NCBI RefSeq assembly: GCF_006345805.1
Contig: NC_043011.1
Location: forward strand, 42,544,464-42,608,463
Length of the DNA: 64,000 bases
Direction of reading: 5' to 3'
From: Octopus sinensis
Taxonomy: Eukaryota
In this document: in pieces, positions 1-13,576 of the stretch
How positions within the stretch are numbered: the stretch's first letter is position 1
How the letters are laid out: each line of letters begins with the position of its first letter
The notes under the pieces: model-generated
Seen by the model: only the letters and a program-made list of their open reading frames with translations
What the model was told of the DNA's origin: nothing
The model's database searches: none
Position numbers and translations under genes: made by a program

Positions 1-2565
1 TAAAAAATTATCAAATTCTTTCATTTGTTTTTCTCACTAATTTCAAACTTTACAATCATCGACTTACAGATATTACCAATTCATATTATTTATTAACTAC
101 TTAAATAGGAACATCCAAATCCAACAGAATAAAACAATATACATCAATAAGTAAGATAATACCATAAAAATAATACACATAAAATGGATCTAACAGCTGT
201 TTCAGCCTGTAGATAAAGGTATCTCATTGTGCCTATATTAGTCTGATGTATTGAGGTAATATGCAGATTGATAAATGATAGGACCGATAAAATTTTCAGT
301 TTAGTGTTCAAATCATACTGGGAACCACTTCACATTTCATCACTGTGGGATCAATAATAAAATAAAAAAGCCAATAACATATTGAATGTCATTTAAGTTG
401 ATTATAAATTTGTCAATAGGAATGACAAAGAGAAAGACGAGTGTATTTGGGCGAGCTTGGGGGTCACCATGGTGTTGATTACTTGAGAGGAAGAGAGGAA
501 TTTAGAGCAGTGATAGAAACTAGGAAGAGAAAACGCAGAACAGATCTTGGATGGTGCTTGTTGTAGTGTGAATGAGGCCCACACGAAAACTGACTTTCAG
601 TTGATGCCAAACTAATCCTTGGTTTCCTTCTCTAACCAAACATCATCTACAGCCACACGTCTCTCCTCGCAGATCTCGACGCCAATACTTCCTCTCCCTC
701 ACGCTAAATAATATCAAATGTTGTCCCCGATAAATAACTTATTATTTATTATATTTCCCAACAGTAACAACAACCCTCACTAAAAAAAGCCAACGAAGAC
801 GTCTCTATTCTGATGTCTCATCTTCTAGAAACAGCAGCCAAAATCTCCCTCGGATAACGCTAAAACCATTTCAAATGAAGAACACAGTGGACGCTGTAAT
901 CCTTGATACACATGCAAAAAAAAAAGAAAAGAATCTAGGATGGTCGAGGCCGGAACGTCATAGGTTAGCTCGAGTAGAGCTGACCTGGGGTTAAACAACA
1001 CTAACAATAGGGGTGGTAGAAACAGCGATCAAATCTTCCTCAAACCATACCTTATGGTCTTAATCTTAAAGGTTGACGCAATTGGTCGTGAAATCCTTGA
1101 CACACTATTCTTTAAAAAGACAGGCTGTTTATGACTGGAACATCTTAAACCATAGGTTTGTTTAATCAGGACGGACTTGGAGCAAAAACAACAACACCAG
1201 CAACTCACACTACACACATACAAATAAAAGAGAGATACAAAGGTCGGAGAAGGCCCTATAGTGATAATGTCCCAGTCCTTAAATAAGGCACCAGGGACCT
1301 TTCTCTAACGACGTTTGGTTAATAGTAGAGCAAAAAGGTCTTGGAGTGATAATGGAAACGAGATGGCTAACACGGGGAAATTACGTCGCTCATTATTGGA
1401 ACTGGCTATTTACAGGAAAAAATAGCTTAGGATTAAATTCTCGTTCTCTCTCTCTCTCACACACATCTATAAGTATAAAACGAGAGGCGTGGATTAAACC
1501 AAGGAAATTCCAGAAATGAGAAAAATTTTACGGAAATATCTTTATACATACATACATACACACATACATACATGACATTTATATACACAGCGCATTTATT
1601 GTAAAAGTTTATAATTCTTTCTATATTGGCCACAAAGATCATGAAAGAAAATAATAATAAAATATAGTGCGTACCAAAATTAACAGAAACTACCATAATT
1701 ATATAGATGATGATGTAAAATTTAGTCTGTACGTAGTATGAGCTACAGTAGTGACAGTGGTGGTGTTTAGCCCCTTGAATAGCCCTGATCAAAGGCGTTC
1801 CAACCGTGATCGTCTCGTTTTTATGTCAAGAACTACATTCCCATATATCTTTCCTATTTAAGACGATAGAGTATGATTTGAGGATGGGGGAACTTGACTG
1901 CTATTTCTTACAAAGCGAGCAACAACGTAGAGGTTATCCTGATTAGAAGGAATGATGATGATGATGGTGGTGGTGGTGGCGAGGGCGATGGTGGAGGACT
2001 GTTGTGGGATCGTTACCCTTAGATTATTTATTCTACCTCAAGAACAGTCCCCCCCCCCTGGCAAAGTCTATCAAAGGAAAACGGGAGATTCTTCAGGGGA
2101 ACAACCTGTGATTCTTCCGTCTGAAAAAGTAAACAGTCATGTTGTACAAAAATCAATTTGAGAAAAGTGGGTGTTAAAGGATGGTCAACGAGCACTCCCC
2201 GTAATTATTCTAACTGTCTGGTCCATTATCTACCTACCTACCTGTCTGTCTGAATGTCTCAGTATCTCTCTCCGCCTACATCACGATGCCTACCAACCTA
2301 CATTTTCTAGAATTCACTCATCACACACGTTTTCCCTCCAGCCACGAAACCAACACCCCCCAGTCCATCCATGCCACCACCGTCAACCTACATCCAACAG
2401 CCTGTCTCTGTCTCTCACATACACACTACAGGTATATTCTAGTGTAATGCTGTATTCATAGAGTTTCCTTTTCAGTTATTTCGAGTTCATTTCTCCTCCA
2501 GCCATGAAACTCATCTACACATTGTTTATACAGCCACTCAAAGTTAAGCACATTTCTCTCTCTCG

Positions 2566-2599
<34 letters not shown>

Positions 2600-3431
2600 C
2601 ACATGCATATATGCGCATAAACATACACAATATACATGAACACAAATCTATAAATTCTTTGTATCGTCACAACAGCAAATACGAAAGAGAAAAAGAAAGA
2701 GAGAGAGAAGGAACAAGCGGGAAAAGAGGGATTATAATTATAGAAAGGATCAAGGGTTTTATGACTTAGATATAAGATAAGATTTGACCACTACTGGCCC
2801 AGGTCATGTTTAAACAACATAAGGTAAAGATGTGTTGCTGTGCTTACAACTCTGTAATTCTGTCCAGTATATTCCTCGAAACAGTGGAATAACTATTGAG
2901 AGCGGTGGTTATAATAATAGCCAAGTGAAAGTGCCAGCTGCTTCGAAGAGGCTTTCATAGAGAACGCGTGGACACGAGCATAATAATACTAACACCTACC
3001 GACAAGAATATATTGTCATTTATAAAGACAAGTACCTCGCGCACGCATGCATACACACACATACATACACACTTGGACGTGCAGACATTTAATCGGATAG
3101 ATTCATGGTCAGATAATTGGAGATTATATACCTTACATTTACACTTGTGCGTATGTGTGTACACATACACATATATAGATATTATACACACACACACACA
3201 CACAGACATATATACACATATTTTTTCTCTGTGTGTATTATACATGTAGACACTTCATGGCAAAGACTTCAATACAGAAAACAGAAAAAACAGTATTCAA
3301 TATTGAAAGTAGCACAACAAATAAAGAAAAAAGAAAAAAAAAACATTATTTAAGCTGGAAGTTACACGCCGGGTTAAATATTTAGGAAAATTTGACTGTA
3401 ATTTAGAAGTTTGGCCAAAGAAGAAACGTGA

Positions 3432-3860
3432 TTAGACAGATAGATAGGTAGATAGATAGATAGATAGGTAGATAGATAGATAGGTAGGTAGATAGATAGG
3501 TAGGTAGATAGATAGGTAGATAGATAGATAGATAGGTAGATAGGTAGATAGATAGGTAGACAGACAGAGAGATAGATAGATAGGTAGACAGACAGAGAGA
3601 TAGATAGATAGGTAGACAGACAGAGAGATAGATAGATAGGTAGACAGACAGAGAGATAGATAGATAGGTAGACAGACAGAGAGATAGATAGATAGGTAGA
3701 CAGACACAGAGATAGATAGATAGGTAGACAGACACAGAGATAGATAGATAGGTAGACAGACAGAGAGATAGATAGATAGGTAGACAGAGAGATAGATAGA
3801 TAGACAGATAGATAGATAGATAGCCAGAGAGATAGATAGACAGAGAGATAGATAGATAGA
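3432..3860. repeat. Compound (GATA/GACA/GGTA)n satellite with a 28-bp higher-order unit
   Basis: GATAGATAGGTAGACAGACAGAGAGATA repeated across about 3545-3790. Confidence 0.95.
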
Positions 3861-4103
3861 TTCTCTTTTATATAGATATGTGAATAAATGGATAGATGGA
3901 AAGCCAGGCGGAGTTATGAAATGGCTTGGTAATAAAACAGTGTTTACTGTTCCTCAGAGAACTCTGCAAATAAACATGTCTGAGAATTGGAGAAAGAGAA
4001 ACATAGAAAGGGAGGGGGCGATAAAAAGGTAGAAGAGGTGGTGACATATTGAGAGTGACATAAAGGGAGAGATGGCAGCGTAGAGAGAAAAAGAGAGATG
4101 GTG

Positions 4104-4153
<50 letters not shown>

Positions 4154-4334
4154 TAGATAGATAGAGAGATGATGATATACAGAGAGGAATAGAAAAAGAT
4201 AGATAGTGAAAGAGAGAAGAGGAAGAGATAGAGAGAGTGATAACATAATGAGAGAGAGAGGGAGAAAGGAGAGCGGAGTCTGAGTGCTGCAAGGGACCGT
4301 TTATTATTGTAAGTTTACACATCTCTCGCTGTGT

Positions 4335-4420
4335 TGATGTTTAGCCCCGAGTCAAACCTTGATCGAGCAAGCAACTATGATGAAAGGCATTCCATGCGTG
4401 ACCACCACGACCTTTAAGGA
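4335..4420. repeat. Interspersed repeat family G fragment
   Basis: gttgatgtttagcccc..tgatcgagca..ctatgat..aaggcattcca recurs at about 940-1010, 1760-1930, 4800-4990, 43510-43700, 50070-50260 and 62200-62320. Confidence 0.6.
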
Positions 4421-5617
4421 GTGTATACGCCTTAGCTTTCATATACTTTAAATAGAAATACATAGTATAAATGAATTTTTTATTATAAACCCTTCTAAGC
4501 GTGTTATGGAGAGCAATGAAACCTAGGATATTTCGTGAAGGGGCTGCTATACTGTGACGTTCAAAGCAATAGAATAGAGTCAAAATGAAGAATGGCATTC
4601 TATATATACACAAACAAAAAGTATATGTTGTATAATGTGAATACACACGCACGCACACATTAAACGAATTCTAAAGAATCATAAGAATGGCGAAATCAGT
4701 TAGTTCAGTCCCTCATTCTAGGCTGTGGAAAAACAAAACCCTGTAGCCTAACTATGTGACATAATTACACAAGGCTAATTAATTTATTACATATGGATAG
4801 GGCGAGTTAAGGAGCGGAACATCTTTCATGGTCGTTCAGACTGTTAGAAATAGCAACCAAATATCTCATTGAAACTATAATACCTTCTAGTGTTTAGTTC
4901 TACAGGGCCCTAAACGACGAGAGGATCATTTTTGGAGTGTTCTTGATCAATAAGTATATTCGATATCAGCGTTGACCTGGGGCCAAACCACAAATTATTA
5001 CATATAAACTTCATGTATATATATACACACATGAACACACACACACGTCTTTCCTCTTTGTGCGTGCGTGTGTGTGTGTGTGTATGTATATTGTATTGCC
5101 TCTATATAAGAGAGTGGGTATAGAGAAAGATTGCTATGTCAAAAAACTCTTGGATACATTGGCCCAGCATGATCGCAGTTGAATGATCGAAATTAATCAA
5201 GGAATAATAACAATAATATATATATATATAAACAGACACACAGGTATACGTTTGCGCGTGTGTGTGTGTGATTATAGTAACGAAGAGATGGAGAATCATC
5301 ATTCGTGTAGTCTCAGAGAATAAACAGTGTGTAGACGGAAAAATATTGAGGAAATGGTGAGCGGTGGGAACCAGAAGACTGATTGTAGCAACAGTTTGTT
5401 AAAGTAAGCCCAATACTGACGGAAGCACCAATACCAAAATGTAGCAGACTACCTGTATATATGATGCGTGTGTGTGTGTGTGTGTATGACAGGGAGTGAG
5501 AGGGTGGGCAAGTAAGTTGTAAATATATTTACATGCGAATTTTTGATAAACACATATCCAGCTTTCAGTTTTGCCGTGTAATATTTACAATTTATCACAA
5601 TCATGCTATCCGTGTAT

Positions 5618-5661
<44 letters not shown>

Positions 5662-6084
5662 AACACATACATATATGCGTGTGTAAATGTGCGAAGCGAG
5701 TGTATAAAGGTGAATGTATTATATATATATATACACACACACTTTAAGAGTCTATGTTCTGATGGTATAAACTCTTAAGGATAAATAAACAATGCAGCAG
5801 TAAATTATTAGGGTAGGCATTAGTAAGTCAACAAGGAACAACTACATTTAGTTACAGGTTCTCCTTAGACACACACGCACTACATAGATAAAGTATAATA
5901 GATAGGTGTGTGTGTGTGCATAAAGATACCATCCGTGTATATATTTATTTATATAACAGTCCTACCTGATTTTCGTGATGTCCAGAGTCCATAACTTGTT
6001 CATCGTTCATGGTACGTTTCTCATATTCGGCCACCTACTCCACCGTAGCGCACTTCACAGTTGCTTCGCATCATGTTTTACTCG

Positions 6085-6640
6085 TAAACGAACTCTCCCT
6101 TCTTCTCGCTTTTTTCTTTCACACACACCCTCTCTCCGTCCCCCTATAATCTCGTTCTTTCTCTCTCTCCCCCTCACCTTATATCTCTTACTCACCTTCT
6201 CTCTCTTTCTTTCTCTATCTCTCTTACTCACCTTCTCTCTCTTTCTTCCTCTATCTCTCTTACTCACCTTCTCTCTCTTTCTTTCTCTATCTCTCTTACT
6301 CACCTCTCTCTCTTTCTTTCTCTATCTCTCTTACTCACCTTCTCTCTCTTTCTTTCTCTATCTCACTTTCTCACCCGCTGTCAATCCCCGGTACAATCTC
6401 TCTCTCTCTCTCCTCACCTTCTCTCTCCCCTCACTCTCTCTTCTCGTATTCTCTCTCCCTCACTCTCTGTCTCACCTCCCTCTCTCTTTATCTCCTTGTC
6501 TTACTCTCTTCTTCACACTTCCTCCGTGGTACAATCACAATTTTTGTTTCCCTCTTTTTTTTCTCTCTTTCTCTCTCATAATCTCACACTTTTTCGTTTT
6601 TTCTCTCTCCTCTCATCCTCTTTACTCCTCCCCTCACTAA
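6085..6640. repeat. CT-rich polypyrimidine tract with a ~36-bp repeated unit
   Basis: CTCTTACTCACCTTCTCTCTCTTTCTTTCTCTATCT about five times at 6185-6370. Confidence 0.9.
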
Positions 6641-7744
6641 TAAATAGTTATATCGTTTCACACATACATACACTCATATGCACACACACATGCACATTAA
6701 TGCGCGCAAAAGCACACGGATACACGCACACATGCATGCACATTCACATAGACATATGCACATATACATTGACAGACTACGGCAGAAATTGTATTCACCT
6801 CAATAGACGTCATTGATTGGTTGAAATTGTCGAAATGCAAGAAATTAAACGAGAAATAGCTTAAAAACTACATAATTTTCTCAAGAAAGCCAAGAGAAAA
6901 ATATTTTTTATGTAACACATTCTACCAGTATACGAAGTTTAAAAGTGTTTAGTTACAAAGAAATTATTTTTAAAAATCTGCCGGTCAAAGTGAAAAGATC
7001 CGTGGTGGATGACAAACAGATGCACAGGTATAGATGGATATTTTTCGGGCTTCTTTCAGTTTCGTCTACCAAATCCATTCACAAGGTTTTGTTCGGCTCG
7101 AGGCTAAAGTAGAAAATAGTTACCCAAGGTGTCACACAGTGTGACTGAACCCAGAACCATGTGGTCGGGAACTAAGCGTGTGAAAAATTTCATTAACAAA
7201 CAGAAAGTTAAGAAAAAAACAAAGTCGGGGGTGGTGATGGTCAAACCACGTACATCTGTAGATTTGTCAAAAATTCCTAGGAATAACAAAGTTTCCGAAT
7301 TTTACCTTTAGCGTACCACAATACAAATCAAAAATTTTATTCCTGAAATTTTTTTAACGTGCATTGTAGTAGGCTAAATAAAATCTTAAAATATTCAATG
7401 ATATAACTGTCATCTACACTTTCGAAAATACGTCGTAGCAAAATGTCATTTATAAAAAAAAAATAATGAAAAAAAAAACAAATTTGCTGGAGCAACACGC
7501 ATACACAGTCTCACCAACATAAACTTTACTATAAAACCTGTACAATTCACACATACAGAAACAAACACATACACATGCAAGCACAAACACACACACATAT
7601 ACACATGCAAGTACATACACACACACATAAACACATGCAAGCACATACACACACACACACACATAAACACATGCAAGCAGATACACAAACATACTTTTAC
7701 ATACGCTACTACGAACGGTAACTCGTCAGATGCCCGTAAAACCA

Positions 7745-7887
7745 TCTATGATTGGTCAATTTGATTTTAGTCATTAGTCCTAATCTGATTGGCTAATATC
7801 CTGAAAGCGGTTAAGTTAAATGCCGTCGGAGCAAATTAAACTCCACCAAAACAACATTGGGTCAGTTTCATTGTCGAGTTAAGCGAA
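7745..7887 (+). promoter_or_regulatory. Putative SPC25 core promoter/5' UTR with inverted CCAAT boxes and a CDE/CHR-like element
   Basis: ATTGG at 7751-7755, 7788-7792 and 7856-7860. GCGG-ttaa-GTTAAA at 7807-7820. Non-repetitive sequence directly before the ATG. Confidence 0.5.
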
Positions 7888-7904
7888 ATGGAAACTATGA
7901 TTGA
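7888..7904 (+). CDS. SPC25: SPC25 coding exon 1 (METMIE, phase 2 end)
   Basis: gcgaaATGGAAACTATGATTGA followed by consensus donor GTAAGT at 7905. GA plus the first A of exon 2 gives GAA in frame. Lies just downstream of CCAAT boxes. Confidence 0.75.
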
Positions 7905-8582
7905 GTAAGTATTGTTTAAATATCAAGATGATTCTTATTTTACTTTATTTCTGATCCTTATTTTACTATTCAATGTTTATTTGGTTTATTGGACGCCCCT
8001 CAGTTTCCTATCACGAGAGAGATCGCTCTGCATACAGAACACATACATATTTCGTTTTTGGATTTGGTTTGCAAGGTTCTTTATATGAGTTCGTGTGTTG
8101 AAGCATATTCTGTTGTGTCTGGGAAGAGTCATTTTCTTTTTGTGCCTTATTATATAATTTCCATTTTTTTCTTATTTATATTTTCCTAAAATTTTCGTTG
8201 CGTCTTGCAACCTTTTCAATAAGTTTTGACTCAACAGAAGTCATACATACTCATACATAAACACTCGCTTTCCGTATATATTATATATATATATATACAA
8301 TTGCAGCGTGGAAGGTGTTTGTAAGCCATTTAAGAAACACACAAAAGCCGTTCGATTCACTTCAACATTTAAGTTTAATTTGTCAAAATATTTTCGTCGC
8401 TAAAATCCGCGACCTGTTCACTGACAAAAATCCGTGCTGCATCTGAGAAAGTAACAGTTAGTTCGTCATATATATGTACGTATGTATGTGTGTATGTATG
8501 CATACACGCATGTATGTATGTATATATGTATGTGTGTGTATATGCACGCACATACACACTATAAACATAAAGCTATAAACCT

Positions 8583-11030
8583 GTAGTTCACAACTTCGTT
8601 TATATCTGGAATTGTATCAACAGACTTGTAAGTGTGTATAGTGCCGGGAAGAGAATGCATTAGCTGTTGATTAATTTTGTTAACAGCGACGTTTTTTGGA
8701 GCTAATATTGCTCTTTCACACAGCCAATTGTGATTTTGGTAGTTTTGTGTGAAGTTGGGAAAGACTTTGTTTTTGAGGTCATCTACAGAATTAACAACAG
8801 AGGGAAATGACCACACTTCATTTGTCCTGCAGCATCGAGAGGCATCTTGCCATCACCAAGTATCAAAATGTCCTGTGCAAACTTTGTGGACATTTTGTCG
8901 CCGTATAGCTGAGCTCTCATGTTAGTGGTGAGACTGAGGATTGTAACATGATGCCACAGGGTAGAGGACTTTAGGCATGCTTGGACTTCATCTGCTCTAG
9001 TGCCTTTCGGAATGACAGAGTTTGCCTGAAATCACCTGACAACAGAAGCGTTACACCTCCCATTGGAGCCTGACAGTCTCGGATGTCTTTCAGGGCTCTA
9101 TCTAATGCTTCCAAAGCTCCCTTGTGAGCCATAGTGCACTCATCCCAGACAATTAGATGACACATTTTAAGTACTTGTCCCTGATCTGAGCTTTTGTTGA
9201 TGTTGCATGATGGCATTTCGGATGCTGCTAAATTGAGAGGGAGTTTAAAAGTTGAGTGTGCTGTCCTGCCAGCGGGTAACAAAGTAGCTGCAATGCCAGA
9301 GGAGGCTACAGCTACAGCAATGTCCTGATGCTGCCCAACTTCTGCAAGGAGAAGCTTTGTAATAAATGTTTTTCCTGTCCCTCCAGGAGCATCGAGGAAG
9401 AAGATTCGTCCCTCGCATTGGTGTACACTGTTAAGAATAGTTCTGTAGGCCTGCAGCTGGTCCGGAAGTAATTTAGGCTCATTTTCAACAATGTATTTTG
9501 AAAGCGCTTGAGTGTCGTAGGTTGTTTCACGAATGACATCAGTGGGAAGGCTATTTGACCCTGCCCTGAATGCTTGTGGTAGGCCATACGTTGACAATTC
9601 ATTTCCACCTAGTTTAGCAATTCTGTCTTCAATGTCAATGAGTGTTTTGTTATAGATTTCATTGCTGATACCATCCATGTCAGGATAGAGCAGTTGAGCT
9701 TGGCGCTGAAAGTCTTCAGCCAGGTTGTCTCTATATTTGAGCCATAGAGTGGCCGGATCACACAGTTCGCATGCCTGTAGTAATACTGCAAATAGTGCCC
9801 TGAGACTTTTAGGTGATTGTGGTAAAGCAGCCTCTCCTAAAGTTGCATCCCATTGTGCACCATCTTCTAACAGACCTTGTCGATAGCAGGCTTCTCTGTA
9901 TGTTGTACAGACATGTCCATGAACGGTTTTTAGGGCCTGGAAAGACGTTGGCCCTCTGACTTCATGCAGTAGTAGACGAAGGTAGAAGCACTCTTGTTGA
10001 GTGGGATGCACTGTGTATACTCGCCCAAGGCAAGTGTGAAACTTAATGCCAGGGTATCCATGAACATTTTGACCTGCTTTCCGTGGGGCCCATTTTTTTC
10101 CATTCCAAGTGTAGTACGATGGAATCTGTGGATACAGCAAGGTTTGAGCGAATCGATTCACTTGACAAAGCTTGAAGAATGCAGTGAGTGTGCTATCCCT
10201 TGGTTCCTCTGCCAACAGAGAAGCATTAGCATCGGTGAAGTACACTCTTTGACCATTTTCCAGGTGCACTGCAAGCTGTTGAATGGCGGGGTGTTGTTGG
10301 TGAATTGGAAAGCCAAACATGCGCCAGAAAACCTCGTTGCTACTTATGTACCGTCCCACCTGATAATGCGTCACCTCATCCTGGCAGTATTCTTGTTGAA
10401 GTCCAAACATTGCAGCGTCAGAACCCTTGTTTACATATTTGCAAATGTACTTGATGGATTTAACGGAGTTGCAAAACTCAACATTGATGTGGGCATTGAA
10501 AGTCTTTGACAGGAGTGGGCAGTATGGAACAATCCATCTATTATCAATATTGTGCTGTCCGATAGTTGCTGTGAAACCTCCGTCTTCTGGTTTTCTGCCT
10601 CTGTATGATGGATACCCATCAGCACCTGTCTGAGTTTCTTGTAGGAACCTCCTTGGAAATCTTTTTGAACATATGCTGTCCTTCAAGCATGGTGTGTTTA
10701 TGTTGAATCCACACCCACATGGACCATGTACCATGTTTGCTTTAACTATTTCGTATAGTTCTTTGTCTAAAGCTGGATCAGGAAGCTCTGCAGAGATTAT
10801 CTTGTTGATGTCATTGGAATTGATCTTCGCTGAGAGCCAAAGCAGGATATGAGCATGTGGAAGGCCCCTTTTTTGCCACTCGATTGTGTACATGTCACAT
10901 TGTATGGGCCCAAAGACTTGCCTTTTTGTATGAGCTCCATGAGAGAGATTAACTTCAGATGGAAAACTCGGGTGTTGAGATTCCGGTTCGAATGTAAGGC
11001 AGATTTGAAAGTGTTCCCAACAGTTATTAG
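8583..11030 (-). mobile_element. Helitron Rep/Helicase gene, truncated, about three frameshifts
   Basis: HUH motif YTIEWQKRGLPHAHILLW, KSIKYICKYVNKG, PIF1-type helicase motifs DAPGGTGKT, IVWDECTM, LSGDFRQ, then RAILAPKN. Frameshifts near 10921, 9017 and 8800. Ends abruptly at VVNY. Confidence 0.95.
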
Positions 11031-11879
11031 TTGTAGTGGTAGAGTGTTTATGCCGAATATGTACGTATGCAAGTATATATATATATGTATGCCTGTATAT
11101 ATGTACAAAATCCAGAGAAGGCTTTTGTTGGTCTGAGGCTACAGCAGAAGACACATGCCAAGTCACCACACAGTGGGACTGAACCCAGGACCATGTGTTT
11201 GGAACGTAGTTTGTTATCACACAGCCACATCTGCTCCTATGTATGTGTGTGTATGGGTAGATATATTATGCATGTATATATGTGTACATATTACATGTAC
11301 ATCTATATATATATACATCTGCACATAAAATACAAAATACAAAGTTATATCTTGATATCGCTAGTGATAACAATACTCAAAATATATAACAGACTGGAAT
11401 TGTAGGCCCATCTCTTGCAATTTCGATCAATTGGATCTTGTCCTCCCTCTTGTATAGAAGTGTACGGCTGCAGCGAAATTCATTTTTGGACTTTCTTCTA
11501 TCGAAGGCATTTTAACAAAAATGCTTCCGTAAAGACGGTGAAAATATTGTCAATTTCCCCAAACAGGGACACAATTCAATTTTTAAACAATAACCAAAGC
11601 CCCTTCTCCGAAAGGGGGAGGGTTACGGTTTACAATTATTTGACAAATGCAACACAACAACGTTTCCCTAATGAGGAACCAACAAACCTTTTAAATTTAT
11701 CCCCATTTATGTGAAACCACTTGTTCAAGTCATTGATGCAATGTTATACGAATTGCTAATACACACACACACATAAGGGTGAAAAATTGAATATTAATTT
11801 GATTAATATGAATTGAAAACCAGTGGTGTAGCATATAAGACCATAGAGGATCTTCTAGCAAAATGGATGACCATTGTTA

Positions 11880-12182
11880 ATGGTTCATCCCTGTTATATA
11901 ATACTTTCACTTTAATAGTTTCAGTATTAAAGTGAAAGTGTCTGCATTACAAAAGCGAGGTGTTTTTGTTTCACTTTTAACACGTAATACTGAAATAGTG
12001 GAGAAGATATGATATTGCTGTGGGGTCGTCCTAGGGAAAAAGTTAAGATTTTTTTTGCCAATGACACTGCCCAGACCTTAAGTAAGGCATGTGTAAAATT
12101 TGAATGAAATTGGTCGTGTAGTTCTCAAGTTTTATGGAAACACACAGACAGACAGACATTCTCAGTTTTATATATGTAGAGA
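11880..12182 (-). mobile_element. Helitron-type 5' terminal segment
   Basis: Minus strand reads A|TCTCTACATATATAAAACTGAGAATGTCTGTCTGTCTGTG: a TC start, TATATAAAA and a (GTCT)n tract typical of non-autonomous Helitron 5' ends. Confidence 0.5.
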
Positions 12183-12454
12183 TATATATTGGGCATTCTT
12201 TCAATATAACTCGACAAAATCAAAACATTTCACTTCAAGTATTTCTGAGGAAGCAAATGGCAGTTCGATTCTGTTTTCTGCTAGGAAATTTGGAGATTTT
12301 ATGCGGTTGTGAGGTTTAATTAAGTGTAACACCTTTTCATTTGAAACCCTCCTTCTTCCCTTCTTTCCTGAGCGTCCAATAATACTTTATTTGTTCCACA
12401 TCCTTGCGTTGTTGTCTTTTTGTTTTCTTGTTTGGATTAACTATATATATATAT

Positions 12455-12960
12455 ATCATCATCATCATCATCGTTTAACATCCGTTCTCCATGCTAGCAT
12501 GGGTTGGACGGTTCGACCGGGGATCTGGGAAGCCAGAAGGCTGCCCCAGGCTCCAGTCTTATCTGGCAATGTTTCTACAGCTGGATGCCCTTCCTAACGC
12601 CAACCACTCCATGAGTGTAGTGGGTGCTTTTTACGTGCCACCTGCACAGGTGCCAGGCGAGGCTGGCAACGGCCACGGTCGGATTGGTGCATTTTATGTG
12701 CCACCGGCACGGAAGCTAGTCAAGGTGGCGCTGGCATCGGCCACGAGTCGGATAGTGCTTTTTACGTACCACCAGTCCAGGGGTCCTGGCTGGTTCAATT
12801 CGATTTCGATTTCACTTGCCCCAACGTGTCTTCGCAAGCAAAGGGGGTTGGCATGGGTGCCTGTCGTCGGATGAGGTTCTATATCGACTTCGCTTGCCTC
12901 AACAGGTCTTTGTGTCCAAGGGAGGAAAGGCATGCATAAATACATAGAACGAATGCTGTA
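12455..12960 (-). mobile_element. RTE 3'-UTR fragment (family C)
   Basis: (CAT)n-cgtttaac..catgctagcatgggttggacgg..cagctggatgcccttcctaacgccaaccactcc. Matches the 3' end of the 30609-32565 LINE. Further minus copies at about 17945, 23925, 26715, 34825, 37395, 50855 and 54880. Confidence 0.85.
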
Positions 12961-13270
12961 GTGATGCAAATTATGGATGATGGATGTTGTCCACACTGTT
13001 AGTAGTTGGTAAGTTAGTTCTACACGGGCAATAAATTGAACTGGAAACCACTACTCGATCCTTATTGATCTGAGTCTAAACAACAGAAGATCACACTGCC
13101 ATCAGTGTGTCCACATTCAACATACTCTGACGATCACATTTCTATACAGTCCGTACACAACATACCCAGAGTGGCACATCACTACACAATATACCCACAC
13201 ACAGCATACTCTAACTGTTGCACTACGCTACACTCTACGTACCCTGAATACTACACCAGTGATGGTAGGT

Positions 13271-13493
13271 TTAAATTTAGATCATTTAAACCGGCCATAT
13301 CCGGCCAAAATAGCTAATCTGTTTTATGTTCAAACTGACCAGATCCAGGCTCTCACACCTACCCTACAATGTTATTCTACATTAAGTAATCACACCATCA
13401 ACATCTTGAAGATATGAGATAATACATGATTAATTCAAATCAATGGGAATCAATAGGCATTATGTTTGATTGAATAATCTGATCACTAAAGGG
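13271..13493. mobile_element. piggyBac-type MITE, degenerate left end
   Basis: Ends AAAGGG|TTAA. Body is reverse-complementary to 13577-14029. Confidence 0.6.
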
Positions 13494-13576
13494 TTAAAAC
13501 ATTAAGTTTGGATCATAGAACCAAAAGTCTCATACACTTGACGCCCTGGTTTTATGATAGAAATTTCCTGTCTTAA

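Noticed and set aside
186-240. Minus-strand hammerhead-like string AATGAGA..GAAA-CAGCTG-TT
   Set aside because: The first core strand and stem I do not fit. Probably a decayed repeat; the flank at 60-160 recurs inverted at about 19280-19375.
2871-2963. Possible plus-strand terminal exon YIPRNSGITIESGG...KRLS*
   Set aside because: Only an acceptor-like site and a short frame. No partner exon or recognisable homology.
5975-6640. 221-aa L/S/F-rich ORF resembling a membrane protein
   Set aside because: Product of the CT-rich tract.
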